Shown here: positions 37,735 through 50,146 of the stretch, one piece after another | Position numbering within the stretch: the first letter of the stretch is position 1 | How the letters are laid out: each line of letters starts with the position of its first letter | Source: Podarcis erhardii | Taxonomy: Eukaryota | Length of the DNA stretch: 64,000 nucleotides | Assembly (NCBI GenBank): GCA_964252035.1 | Contig: OZ176215.1 | Direction: 5' to 3' (one strand) | Program-made: the position numbers and the translations under genes | The notes under the pieces: generated by a model | Told to the model about the DNA's origin: nothing | What the model saw: the letters and a program-made list of their open reading frames with translations, nothing else | Database searches by the model: none

Positions 37735-39019
37735 ACCCACCAGCAACGTTTTCCAACCAAATCTTAATTGCCCCATTGTGAACCCAATTTGCTCTCGGGT
37801 AGGAAACAAAGCTGAATATGGGAGAGAATAAGAATTTGCTTTGCTCAGCAACCTCCAGCCTGCCCGACCTGTGCCAGGGTGGCTCAGAACAGCCGGCGAG
37901 GGACTGGGCCGCCGCGGAGCAGGCTGTTTCTGCTGCCTTTGGTAGTGTGAATGATCTATATGCTATTGTCCTGTTTCTCCCCAAGTCTCTATTTTAAGCC
38001 CTCAGCCGGCAAGTATTAAGGTCAGTTCAAGGCAATGGGAGCAGACTCAGCAAAGCATTTCTACACAGGGGAAAAGTCTACATGTCCACAGTGATGCCCA
38101 CACTATATTTTCTGTACCCTCAAAACACACCATACCCTGCAAGGCAAAACCTTCTAGAGGAATTACAGCAAAACTAATTAAAAGTTTTGTAGCAGCTTAA
38201 AAAATAACAGATGCTTCTGATGGCAAAAGCTTATGTAGCAGTTTGCATAAAGGGTTATCCTCGTTTAGCAGGTATATAAATACTTCTTATTGTTCATTTA
38301 TTACCTGCCTTTCACTCTAAGGTCCCATCATTAAAAACAACATTTAGAACAACTTTCATGATGGTCTAATGACATTGTAATATAACAGTTAGAATACCAA
38401 ACCAGAAAAACTACCATATGGAAATTTAGACTGTAGCATAGTAGGAAAATCCTCTGTTACAGATTATAACTATGCCAGCTAATACTAAACAAGTAGCTGG
38501 ACATTTGTTAGAAAGAATATTATGTAGCTGCCTTCTTTACCTTGAGCAATCAGGCAGTGATGGAGGGCATAGTGGTAAATTTTGAATTGCAGGTGCTTAT
38601 TCTGGTAGCCCATATAGTCATTATTAGGATGAGAACAACTGCAATCCTATGAATAGCTTCTTAGGAGTGTTGGTTAGTTGGTTAGTTCTGACTGAATGGG
38701 TTCAGCTTATGAAGCAGGCATCTTTTAAAGGTCTTCATCCCACTGAAATGCAACCTCTAGCTTTTAATTAGAAATGCAAATAGACGTTATTATCTAAACT
38801 GCTGGCATGAAGCTGGAACCTCATCAAAGGAAAGGAAAGAGGTGTCTAGCCTCTTGTTTCCTTCTAATCTGTTACAAATTTGAAAGCTTTGTTAACACTT
38901 CACTCACTTGCCAGAAGAAGAAAAGGTATTTAACACTGCCAGTACTCCAACCAGCAGGTGACACCATTTGCTCCTCGGGTGGGGAGAAGTAGTCCCAGAG
39001 CTGTGTTTTCCCTCTTCAT

Positions 39020-39377
39020 TAAAGGTACCCCTGCCCATACAGGCCAGTCGTATCCGACTCCAGGGTTGTGCGCCCATCTCACTTAAGAGGCCAGGGGCCA
39101 GCGCTGTCCAGAGACACCTCCGGGTCACGTGGCCAGCGTGACGAAGCTGCTCTGGCGAGCCAGCACCAGCGCAGCACACAGAAACGCTGTTTACCTTCCC
39201 GCTATAAAGCGGTACCTATTTATCTATTTGCACTTAAGGGTGCTTTCGAACTGCTAGGTGGGCAGGAGCTGGGACCAAAAGACGGGAGCTCACCCCGCCG
39301 CGGGGATTCAAACCGCCGACCATGCAATCGGCAAGCCCTAGGCGCTGAGGTTTTGCCCACAGCGCCACCCGCGTCCC
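39020..39377 (-). mobile_element. Sauria SINE (subfamily A in this window)
   Basis: Full-length reverse complement: GGGACGCGGGTGGCGCTGTGGG head, TAAAGGTACCCCTG tail. Confidence 0.92.
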
Positions 39378-40310
39378 TGCACTGCTACTTCAGTTGTTCC
39401 CTAATGAATACTGTAATATGCGCTAATAAGCAGTTCTCTTGAGTGCCAGTGCTTATGTATCTGCATAACGTTCCAGAGCATTGGCTGTTTTTTTTAAAAA
39501 AAGTAAAGGTGCTACGAGAGTCCCAGCAGATTTTCCATGAAATAAGTGAAGCTGCTATGGATGTTAATGGCAACAAAACTAGAAAGATTGAAAGCAATAC
39601 AACTACTGTTATCAACAGGCACAGTGCTTATCAGGGCTGGGGAACCTTTGGCTCTGAAAGTGTTGCTGCACAACATCTCCTGGGCATGAGAAGTGCTTTG
39701 GACACTTGAGAGAAGAATACAGATGGGAAGCATGATACTCCTTCTAGAGTAGCCAATGTGGTGCCCAATATGGTAGAGGGAAGTGGGGGGCAGATGGGGC
39801 TGGGAAGGTAGCCCATCTAGGAAAAGGAAAACTCTGACTCTTGCGAGATATCTTTGGGAGAAGAAAAGGGTAAGGCAGTTGTTTTCAACCAGTGTGTTGT
39901 GGCACCCTGGGGTGCCTTGAATGATGGTCAGGGATGCCACAGGCAACACAGGCCTCTGTCCCTTTTCCCCTCCCTCTTCTGATGCCATCTCATATCTCTG
40001 CCTCCCCAAGGCTTGCACAGCTCTTTGTTGCAGTGGCCCTGGCTACAAGCTCCAAAGGGGATAGTGCCTCTGGGGCTGGCCAGGGGGTGCTGGCTGCCAG
40101 AAGGTGAGGCAGCCTCGGAGTAAGCAAGCAAGCAGGCAGGCAGGCAGTCAAGGGAACCCAGCCAGCCAGTCCTCCAGCCGTTGCTGTTGGGAATGGACAG
40201 TGTGAGGCATGTGAAGTGCAGGTGGGTTCCCACAAGGCAAGACACAGTGATAACAGCAAGAGCCTTTATTGAACTACATAACTGGGAAATGGGCAAAGCA
40301 ACCACTTATA

Positions 40311-40672
40311 GTAAAGGTAAAGGTACCCCTGCCCGCACGGGCCAGTCTTGACAGACTCTGGAGTTGGTGCGCCCATCTCACTCAAGAGGCCGGGGGCCAG
40401 CGCTGTCCGGAGACACTTCCGGGTTACGTGGCCAGCGTGACAAAGCTGCATCTGGCGAGCCAGCGCAGCACATGGAAACACCGTTTACCTTCCCGCCAGT
40501 AAGCGGTCCCTATTTATCTACTTGCACCCGGGGGTGCTTTCGAACTGCTAGGTTGGCAGGCGCTGGGACCGAGCAGCGGGAGCGCACCCCGCCGCGGGGA
40601 TTCGAACCGCCGACCTTTCGATCGGCAAGCCCTAGGCGCTGAGGCTTTTACCCACAGCGCCACCCGTGTCCC
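40311..40672 (-). mobile_element. Sauria SINE (subfamily A)
   Basis: Full length; TSD AACCACTTATA at 40300-40310 and 40673-40683. Confidence 0.95.
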
Positions 40673-40930
40673 AACCACTTATATACATTTCTAAAAGCCT
40701 GGGCCACTCCCACTCACAATGTGATTGGCTGACTAAACTTCCAAGCTGCAAATCATGACTTCAAGGGCCAATGGAAGAGGCCCAAATCCTGAAATGTTCT
40801 GTAATTGGACATAATGTATCAAATCAGAACACAGGAGCTCAGATTCCTTAGTCCAGACTCAAGCTCAGGCAAACACAGACCACTGAATACATAACACCAC
40901 ATCTCTTTGGGGTGGGGTAAGATCAGAGAC

Positions 40931-41279
40931 AGGGGCGTGGGTGGCGCAGTGGGTTAAACCATAGAGCCTAGGACTTGCCGATCAGAAGATTGGCGGTTCG
41001 AATCCCGGCGACGGGGTGAGCTCCCGTTGCTCGGTCCCAGCTCTTGCCAACCTAGCCATTCGAAAGCATGTAAAAGTGCAAGTAGATAATGGGACCGCTC
41101 TGGCGGGAAGGTAAACGGCGTTTCCGTGCGCTGTTCTGGTTTGCCAGAAGCGGCTTAGTCATGCTGGCCACATGACCCGGAAGCTGTACGCCGGCTCCCT
41201 CGGCCAATAAAGTGAGATGAGCGCCGCAACCCCAGAGTCAGTCACGACTGGACCTAATGGTCAGGGGTCCCTCTACCTT
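40931..41279 (+). mobile_element. Sauria SINE (subfamily B)
   Basis: Full length; TSD TAAGATCAGAGAC at 40918-40930 and 41280-41292. Confidence 0.95.
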
Positions 41280-43107
41280 TAAGATCAGAGACCAGAGGCG
41301 GCGGCAGCAGCAACAGCTGCTGCCCAGAGGACTCCCAATAAGAGGGGAGAGGAGACTGAGGAAACTCTACAAGGGAAGGGTGTGCAAAAAAGGACGAGAG
41401 ACTGCCAGCATTGCAGGCAAGGGGTGACATAACTGGGCTCCTGAGCCCCACAGGGGTGCCGCAGGAAGAATGTAGTTATTCAAGGGAGCCGTGGACTTAA
41501 AAAGGTTGAAAACCTCTGGGCTAAGGAGTAAACCCTACAGAAACCGGAGTCCCTAAGATGGTGGGTCCTGCCTGCCGCCTTCCTCCTCCTCCTTAGTCTT
41601 AGTGTTGCCCCTTGTATTGCTCAGCGAAGAGGAGGCTGTGAGCAATGCTAGAATTAGCTGGCTCTGCCTGTCCTTGGCTCTGGCTCCACCTGCTTTGGGG
41701 CTCCCTGCCTTCTGCCCCACAAGTCCCCATGACACACCAGCCACCATTGTTTACATCGGATGCATCCGCACGAACTTGGCTGCGTGAACAAAGCCTGTGA
41801 GATTATAAAGGTTGCAAAGTCGAGGATTTCAGTTGCCTGGGCAACCTAAACCGAGCCTCCTCTCCCCCAACCCCATCGCTTTTCGGTTAGTGACATGGTC
41901 TTAAAGCCAGGATCACACAGCGACTGCTGTTTCCCTAAGGTTCTTACCTCACTTTGGCGCTCTGGGCAGAGAGAAGGGGCTGGTGGGTGGATCTCGATGT
42001 TGTTCTTGCATCGTGTAATCCAAGAGATGGGATTAGTTCCTTTAAAACCTGCGTGAAAGAACGGCTCAAAATTGAATTAACAATACTGAGGGATTTGGGG
42101 GAAGGGGGGGGGAGCCCCAATGTGTTTCTGACAAATTGAACAACAACAACAACAAGTAGACAAAGCCTCCAGAATACAAAGCCCAGATTCCAGGGATTTG
42201 CATGGGGTTTAGAGCTGATATTTTTGTAAGGTATGTTATCTGCCGAAAACTGCATCTTCTTCTGTGTGCCCTACCCCACCTCCCTGGCCTGTCAACTGAT
42301 TAGGGCATTTTTTGGGCTGACTTAATTTGGATCACTTGCAGCTAATCAATCAGTTAATAAAGCTAAATGCACATGTGTACCACCCAAACCAATATATATA
42401 TATTAGTGCTGTTGTTATTGTGATGAAACATTTGCAATATCTGAACCCACACATGCAGAAAATCTGAATCCATTTCTAAGCCTTTAAAAGAGGGAGATTC
42501 TATTGTTATTATTTAAGTTTACATCTGGTCCTTCCTCCTGAAGGAGTCCAGGGCAGCAAACACCTTCGAAACAATTCCAGTACTGTACAGATGCAGACTG
42601 GGAAAGATCTTACATTAAAAGGCTTGTTAAAAGGTCTTCAGCAGCTGCTGGAATGGCAAGAGAGACCATAATTAATGGGAGGGAGATCCAAAGGGGTAGC
42701 TACCACAAAACACAACACAACACAGGCCCAATTCCTATATCAAAAGATGATATCTGCCAGAGGCCTTCTCCTACTGCACACAGTGATCGATTGGGTATAT
42801 AATCTTTCAGGTATCCTGGTCCCAAGCTGTAAATGTAGCTTTTTGATATAATGGAGTGCTGCAAGGCTGGCACCAATGGTTGGTATGGCTGGGTATTTTG
42901 TTTTTCAAAGCAGGTTTCTAGTCCTCAGGAACGCTGAGGTTCCAGTTGCAAAGGCTGAAGTCCGAGCAAGGCTTGCTGTAAAGGAGTGGCTCACTGAAGG
43001 AGACAGGCCATGGGGTCTTGTCCAAACGTTCTCTAGAAACCTGGTACTGGAAAGAAGTGTGAGAAGGTACAAGTGAAATGCAGAAGCTGATGCACATTAC
43101 TGTAGGG

Positions 43108-43346
43108 CAGGGATGGCCAACTCCCAAGGGACTGCGATCTACTCACAGAGTTAAAAACTGACAGTGATCTACCCCCTTTTTGGGGTTCAGGTCAAAGTTG
43201 TTGAGCTTCTTTTAGGAGGGAGGGCTTTTTTTAGGGGAGCCAAAGTTGATGGGCTTCTTTGGGGGGAGCCAGTGATCGACCAGTGATCTACCACAGATGT
43301 CCAGTGATCTACCAGCAGATCACAATCTACCTGTTGGACATGCCTG
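43108..43346. mobile_element. hAT MITE with internal GATCTAC/GATCGAC repeats
   Basis: TIRs CAGGGATGGCCAAC vs reverse complement CAGGCATGTCCAAC; TSD CTGTAGGG / CTGCAGGG. Confidence 0.82.
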
Positions 43347-43469
43347 CTGCAGGGGATACTCCTCCTATTTCCCATTCTTTTTGACTGTAACACACCAGAA
43401 CCAAAATGGCCTCCCTGAAATAAGCTTCATCCCCATTTATTAAAATGTGGCGATAGCATCACCCTGGTT

Positions 43470-43915
43470 CTGAGGCAGGTGGCTGGAATGGTCAAAATAG
43501 GATTAGGGAGACCTGGGTTCAAATCCCCGCTCAGCCACAAAGCTCATTGGGTGATCCCAGGCCAGGCACCAACTCTCTGCCTAACCTACCTCACAAGACT
43601 GTTGGGAAGATTGAAGGGTAAAAGACGTGGGTATGGAGAGAACAACCTTGAGCTCCAAAGATGGGGTATAAATGGAATAAAGAACTGCATCTTGAAGGAG
43701 CCCTCAGTTATTATAACATTTATAGCCCCCACCTTTCATTCAAGGTGCTCAAGGTGGTGTACATGGCTCCCCCTTCCCCATGTTATCCTCACAACAACCC
43801 TGTGAGGTAGGTTAGGCTGAAGTACAGTGAATGGCCCACAATCATGGGCTGGATGCAGATTTGAACCCTGGTCAAAGTTGGGGTTGTGAGTCCAGCGCTC
43901 TAACCACTATACCAC
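43470..43915. mobile_element. Two CORE/MIR-like SINEs in tail-to-tail orientation (+ about 43470-43680; - about 43710-43915)
   Basis: GGGTTCAAATCCCC...CCTAACCTACCTCACA and its reverse complement TGTGAGGTAGGTTAGGCTGA...TTTGAACCC...CTAACCACTA. Confidence 0.65.
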
Positions 43916-45560
43916 ATACCTCTTAAGGCTGCCTCCACTTTAAAAAGTTGTGATTTGGAATTTTAAACTGTGGTAGGACAAGGCTTTTGTCTTTTGTTTA
44001 GAATGGAATATAAACGTTCAGGAAGGAGCCTGGAATATCCTTGAGAGACACACAGGCACACACATTCCAATCACAACTTAAATGAATAAAATATTCATTA
44101 TTGTGTGTAACTACCCACTGATTCATTGGAGCAATAATCTTAATTAGAATACCATGCATTATTGAAGTTCTGTTGAAGGAGGGGGGGTGCACAAACACTC
44201 AGACACTACCACCCCATTAAAAAAACACACAAATCTCCAAAAAGGGATCCAACAGCTTGCTTTGGCAGCTCCTGTTGACAACTGATCGATGCTTCTGACA
44301 GAATAGAACATTTTGTCAGATTTCATCAGCAAGTGAGGAAAGAAGCTCTGAATGTGTATATTAAGAGCCGTCTGTCTTTTTTAAGAGTTATGGGGGGAAA
44401 GGACACACTGAGAGACAGACACAGTGACCAGGGCTGCGGACGCTCCATATATGAACACACATTATTTCCTCCTGACAATCCCGGGAACTGTAGTTTACCC
44501 CTAAATAAGCTACCATCCCCACTGGTTGTGCTGGCTGGGGCTGGTGGGAGTTTTAGTCCAACAGCATCCAGTCAGCATCATGTTGGCTGCCCTTGTACCT
44601 TACAGAAGACACTTCTATGTAGGAATTCTTGAATAAAACACGCCGTGTACCTATCTTATGCATACATATTTGTTGGATTAAAAATCTGTTGACTAAAAAA
44701 AGGGTTCTCATAACATCTTTCAGTCCTAACACACCACACATTCCTCTCACACACTGCGCTTCTGTCAATCAGTTGCACCACTTTCCCTCCCTCCCTCCCT
44801 GCCAGCCACAACACTGTCTCCCTCATGTTTTTACACAAGTGTGCCCATGCACACCAAAATGGAGCTGCCCTGGCCTCCCATTCGGCTCCCTTTTCCTTCA
44901 CACGGAGACCCCGTGCGATTCTTACACACGCAAGCACACCCCCTCTTGTTTTCCACCCCAACCCTTGTCTGTTCACACGTCCTGCCTGTGGTGAAGGCAC
45001 TGAGTGTGTGTGTGAGAGAGAGAGAGCTTGCAAGTGAAAGAAAGAACTGCATCCATAAGAGAGAGACGAAAGAAACAACTGCATACAGGAGAGAGACGTT
45101 GCGAGGAAACCGTGACTATGAGGGAGCTGACTGAAAATACGGGTGAGAGGCAGGAGGAGACATAGGAATGGATTTGGGCGGGAAAGAGAAGAATGAGGTG
45201 TGAGGAAGAGCCTGGTACATCGTAGCACAAACACACTCCTTCCTCACATTTCCCTTTCATGTTTTCTCCCTCATAATCCACACTCCTACACAAGCCTTTC
45301 CCATTCACTCTTTCCTGACAGGATATGTGCCCCATTCTGCCCTGTCTGTCTGTCTGATGCACACACACACACACAGCTCTGCAATGCATTTAAAACACAG
45401 ACAGAATCCTCGGAACAGCAACTTATTCCTCACAGAACTACAATTCCCAGCACCCTTAGCGAACGACAGTTCCCAGTTTATTTGGTGGTGGGGAGACATG
45501 TGCTTTAAGCGTATGGCGTGTAGGCAAGCCAGTTGCCCCCTCGCTCTCCTCTATGCACGC

Positions 45561-45729
45561 CAGTGGCGTAGCGTGGGGGGTGCAGGGGGGGCCGGCCGCA
45601 CCGGGCGCAACATCTGGGGGTTAGGGTTAGGGGGCGCAAATTCATGGGTTAGGGGGCGCAAATCCATGGGTTAGGGGGCACAAATTACTTGCCTTGCCCC
45701 GGGTGCTGACAACCCACGCTACGCCACTG
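45561..45729. mobile_element. Young hAT MITE, 169 bp, with internal TTAGGG-containing 22-bp repeats
   Basis: Perfect 17-bp TIR CAGTGGCGTAGCGTGGG; perfect 8-bp TSD ATGCACGC (45553-45560, 45730-45737). Confidence 0.95.
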
Positions 45730-46307
45730 ATGCACGCACAAGCCCCTCATGCATCCACACAGTCAAAACCTCTCTCCAATTTCCTTCCTCCCCCCTCTCA
45801 TTTTTTGTATTATGCATTTATCATCTATATTTGTTAGCCACTACATAAAACTTTCCGGGGCTCAGAGCAATAAATGGGGAAGTGCGGGTTCCAACTACTG
45901 TAAGTTCTCACAAGCAGAGCCACTGAAATGAATGGGCCTAAATGAGCTTTTATTCCAAAGTGGCTACACTTAAGTAGATGTAACATGATGGGCTACTGCT
46001 CAGTGTATGCTTGTGTATACGGTATCATGCCCCCGCCCCCATATGGACAACCACGACCTCTTCCACACTCGCTTCCACACACTGGCGCGCAACCACATTG
46101 CCTTCGATGCTTTCACACGCGCCTGTATGCAGCGCCCCCTAAGCCACGCCCCCTTTCCGACACCCAGAGCCACGCCTCCTCCGACTCACATTTGACGCCC
46201 ACGAGCGATCGCCGACGGCCACGCCCCCTTTTCACACGCGCGCACACTCTGCAGACTCGACCCCTTTGAACGCAGCACCGCAGCCCTAACATCTCCTTTT
46301 ACGCATC

Positions 46308-46309
<2 letters not shown>

Positions 46310-46345
<36 letters not shown>
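46310..46345. repeat. (ATT)n microsatellite
   Basis: Direct; probably the tail of an adjacent reverse-strand retroelement. Confidence 0.85.
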
Positions 46346-46347
<2 letters not shown>

Positions 46348-46505
46348 CAAGGTCCCAGGGCGGGTTACGGTATAAAACACAACATTAAAAGAACTTTGAA
46401 AAGCGGGTCCTATATATCTCTCTCTCTACATGTATAGTGTCGAAGGGCAGGCGAAAGACCCCTTTAATTACCTCCACGCTACTGTATGAAATCCTTCTCC
46501 CCCTG

Positions 46506-46715
46506 TGTAAAGGTGTAGTGGTTAAGGAGCTGGGCTGGGATGCCGGAGACCAGGGTTCAAATCCCCGCTCCACCGCGAAATTCAACGAGTGACACTTGGC
46601 CAGGCGCTTGTTTCTCAGCCTAGCCTACCTCACAGGGCTGTTGGAAGGACTAAAAAATTTCAGAGAACCATGGGTATGCTCCTTGAAGGAAAGGTATGAA
46701 TGTAAGCTATTAATA
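46506..46715 (+). mobile_element. CORE/MIR-like SINE
   Basis: GTGTAGTGGTTAAGGAG...GGGTTCAAATCCCCGCTC...CTCAGCCTAGCCTACCTCACAGGGCTGTTG. Confidence 0.7.
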
Positions 46716-47239
46716 CCTGACAGTAAGCTCCACAGGGACTTACTTCCGAGTAGACACCGCTATGATTGCACTGTAGATCCCATATTACAGATCTCATGTT
46801 ATTTATTTATTTAATGCTTGCATTCATATTCTGCTTTCCTTTCCCTTTCCCCACCCCACTCCTCCAAGGTGCTCAAGGCTGGCGTGGCACGTGGTTCTTC
46901 TCCCATTCCGCCTCCCCATCTCATTTAATCCCCACAACAACAACAACAACCCTGCGAGGTAGGTTAAACTGAAAGAGTGGCGGGGAAGGCAAGGCGCAAG
47001 ATGGAAGCTTGGTGGCTGAGGAGGGCGGGGACCCCAACCCTGTTCTCTCCGCGGTCCTCCCGCAATGCTCTAGCTCCAGGAGTGCCAAGAAAATCTGGTG
47101 GGGCAAGGAAGCCCTGTCCCGCACCATCAATCACACGACACACGCGCACGCGCGCCACTTGAATGGCAATGCTCAACTATTTTATTGGGGAGACCCCGGC
47201 CCCTAGGAGTTGGCTCCTATGCTCTAACCACTGCACCAC

Positions 47240-47990
47240 CGCTGCCTTATTCCGACTGGAGCCCCACGAGGCTCCCTCGCTCCTCCTCCTCTCCGGGCGC
47301 CTCCCGCCCCCCCCCCAGCGCAGCCCCGCCACGTGCTCCTCCTTCCCTGGGAGCCGAGCAGGGGACTCTCCCTCTTACCCCCCCCCACCAACCGGGGGGG
47401 GGGGAGATCGGGACGCGCACCCTTCCTGGGGCGACTCCCTCCTCCCCGCCCGCCCTCTTTCTCCAGTAGCAGCAGCAGCAGCTCCTCCAGGTAGAAGCAG
47501 CCCCGCCAAGGAAAACTCTCTTCGGTGGCGCCGCCCCGCTGCCTTCCCGCCGCCGCTTGCAGCTCCTCCTCCTCCCCGTCGTCGTCGGCGAGGGCGCCTC
47601 GCTCTCCCTCTCCCGGCAGACGGCGGCGAAGGAGCAGGATGAAGGGGGCGTCGTCGCGGACCTCGCAGCAGCAGCAGCAGCTCCTCTAGCCGCCCCCTCG
47701 CACCTTCCTCGCCTGCCGCTCTGCCCCATGGCGGAGTAGCTGCGCGCCCGCCTTTGCTGCCTTGGGGGCGGGGGGTGGGGGAGGGAGGAGGAGGTTGCCA
47801 AAGTGGGGGGGAGGTCGCGGGCCGCCCCCTCCCTCGACAGCACCGCCGCTACTGGGACGACCACCGACGGCGCGCCCCCTCCGCCCCGCCATGGCCTTCA
47901 CCTTTGCCGCCTTCTGCTACATGCTCACCCTGGTCCTCTGCGCTTCGCTCATCTTCTTCGTCATCTGGCATGTGAGTCGTCGGCTTCCCC
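47240..47990 (+). promoter_or_regulatory. CNIH2 CpG island, promoter and 5' leader
   Basis: Very CpG-rich; GC boxes, CACGTG at 47330-47335, two (CAG)n tracts. Confidence 0.85.
47891..47971 (+). CDS. CNIH2: Cornichon homolog 2 (AMPA-receptor auxiliary subunit), first coding exon; remaining exons lie beyond the window
   Basis: ccgccATGG Kozak; [27 protein letters not shown]|gtgagt matches the CNIH2 N-terminus; syntenic with RAB1B. Confidence 0.96.
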
Positions 47991-50132
47991 CCACCCTGGA
48001 AGGGGGGGGAATGTGGGGTGGGGGGTGAAGAGCTGGGCTGGGTGTGTGGGGAGGGCTGGGGGGTGAGGGGATGTTCCAAGCGGGGCAGGATGGGGTGGGG
48101 GGCATTTATAGGCAACAGGAATGGGGTGGGAGGTTAAATGCACCTGGGGGCTGAGGCAGATCCAAGCAGGGGGGGCTCTGTGACGGGCTGGGGGTTCGTG
48201 GAGGGGAACATCTGGGGTACCCCAGGGGGGGGGGGAGAAAGGGAGCAGGGTCTCTGGGGAGGGCAAGAGGCAGTGGGGTGGCAAGTGCGGAATGAGCGGT
48301 TGGTTGGGATGTTGTCAAAAATGGGGGAAATAGGGGTGGAGAGATCGGGAAATTGGGGGGCATTGAGGAACTAAATGGGATTAGGGAGGTGGGGGCAGGG
48401 GACTCCTCAGTGGGACTCAAAGAAGGGGGCAGCAGCTGCCAAAGTGTGTTGGGGGTGATATGAGACAGCAGAGTTTTCCAGTGGGGCAGGCAGTGGGGTG
48501 GGGGAGTAGGGAGGCAATTGGGGTGAGAGAGGGGTCAAGCTGGGGCAATTAAAAGGGATAAGCAGTGGAGGGCTAGGGAATGGAATGAGGGGAGCACAGG
48601 CAGGCAGTGTGTTGGGGGGCGATAGATGGCAGTGGGGGGAGATTGGAGAAGGTGAAGATGGGGCTGGAGGAAACCCCACAGGGAGGCTTGGTGATGGGGA
48701 AGTTGGGAGAGCTCATCTCTGAAAGGGTTGGTGGTGGGGCAGTGATGTTTTCACCCAGTTCCTGCTTGGCTACATGTCTTCTTCCCCAGTCCCTTGAACC
48801 CAGAGCCAGCCGTCTGCCGTCTGGAAGGAAGTAGAGGGGGGTTAAACTCCGTAAGGCTGTTGCCCAGTGGCTGTTGCCCAGAGGGTTTTGGGATGGGGGT
48901 GGCAGCAATTGCTTGATCTCAAATAGTGGGTGCTGGGGTCACAAAGCAAGGGGGGTAGATGGTTCAGGTGGGCAATAGCAAGGGGTCCTGGACAATGTGG
49001 TTAAAAGCCAAAGAAATAGCCCCCCAAATGTGGGGCACTGTGAGCAGCTGCCTTATCTGCAAATCTGGTTTGTGGGTTTGTGGGACGGTTTGTGGGGTTT
49101 CTTTCTTCTCCCTGCTGGAACGCAGGTGGGTTTCTGAAAAGAGGGGAGCATGTGGATGAGAAAACTGAAGAGTGGGGGGGGGATTTATTTGGATGGTTGG
49201 GGATTAGGTGTGGTAGGTAGAGATCCCTCTGCGTTTGGGGGTCCGTAAACATGGCACTAGAGATTTTCATGGGTTTGGGTTGGGAAGTCGGGCAGTCGGC
49301 ATCCTGTATACCAGGAACCAGTGTTTCTGTGCTACAAAATCCAGCATTATTTCTGGGCCTATTGGAGGAAATTGATACTCTTTTTTTTTGGGGGGGGGTG
49401 CTGTTACCGGGCAAAGAATCTCATTCAGGGGGACAGTGGGAGAGGATTTCAGAAGCCAGCAGATCCTACTTTCGCTCAGTCCAACCACTACCTGCTGTTT
49501 CTTTCCCCTTCCTTCATCTTCTTTGCTCTCCCTATAGTTATTAAGGTATGGGGGGGGGTTGTGGCTGGGGAGAAGTGCACCTCACACAGGACTGCACCTC
49601 TGGCTTGATATTTAACACCCTTCCTCTCAAAAAATTTGCCCATTCCATTGTTATTGAAAAACTGGGGGTTTTTTGTTAAAGAGGAAGAAGAAAGACAGTG
49701 GTGAGGAGGGTAGAAGAATTTTTTGGGATTGGTGGTGGTGGAATATGCACTTTTTTTTTTCTTGTGGGGTTCAGAATCCTCTCCACCACCCCCTCCCCAC
49801 ACGTTCTTCCTATTATTGCATTTTTCTCTGCCTGAAGAGTCGGACAGAAAATAGGGGAGGTTCGTATTAAAATAGCTTTAGTTATCTATCCGTTTGTATT
49901 CCTCATGTGCTTTTTTCTGGGACGACCTGACTCCCTGTCCTCTCTCTCTACCCCCCCCTTTTTTTGTTCCTTCCTTCCTTTTCGGTGACGCTTCCAGGAA
50001 TCCCAGAAAAGAAAAGGGGGGGGGGGACACACACACATTTTCCTCCCTCTGTTCCATCCATCCCCTCCTAATTTTGCTTTCCCTTCTCTCTCCCCCCCCA
50101 CCCTCCATCCGTAACCAAGGAACCTGGCTCTG

Positions 50133-50146
50133 GTTGCCATGGAAAC
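50133..50146. promoter_or_regulatory. RFX X-box in CNIH2 intron 1
   Basis: GTTGCCATGGAAAC; second X-box-like GTAACCAAGGAAC at 50111-50123. Confidence 0.65.

Larger units (their letters stand above)
39876..41518. mobile_element. hAT non-autonomous element hosting two nested Sauria SINEs
   Basis: TIRs CAGTTGTTTTCAACC vs reverse complement CAGAGGTTTTCAACC; 8-bp TSD GGGTAAGG / GGCTAAGG. Confidence 0.75.

Noticed and set aside
40398-40415. RE1 half-site (GCGCTGTCC) in subfamily-A Sauria SINEs
   Set aside because: Only one half matches; the TTCAGCACC half is absent.
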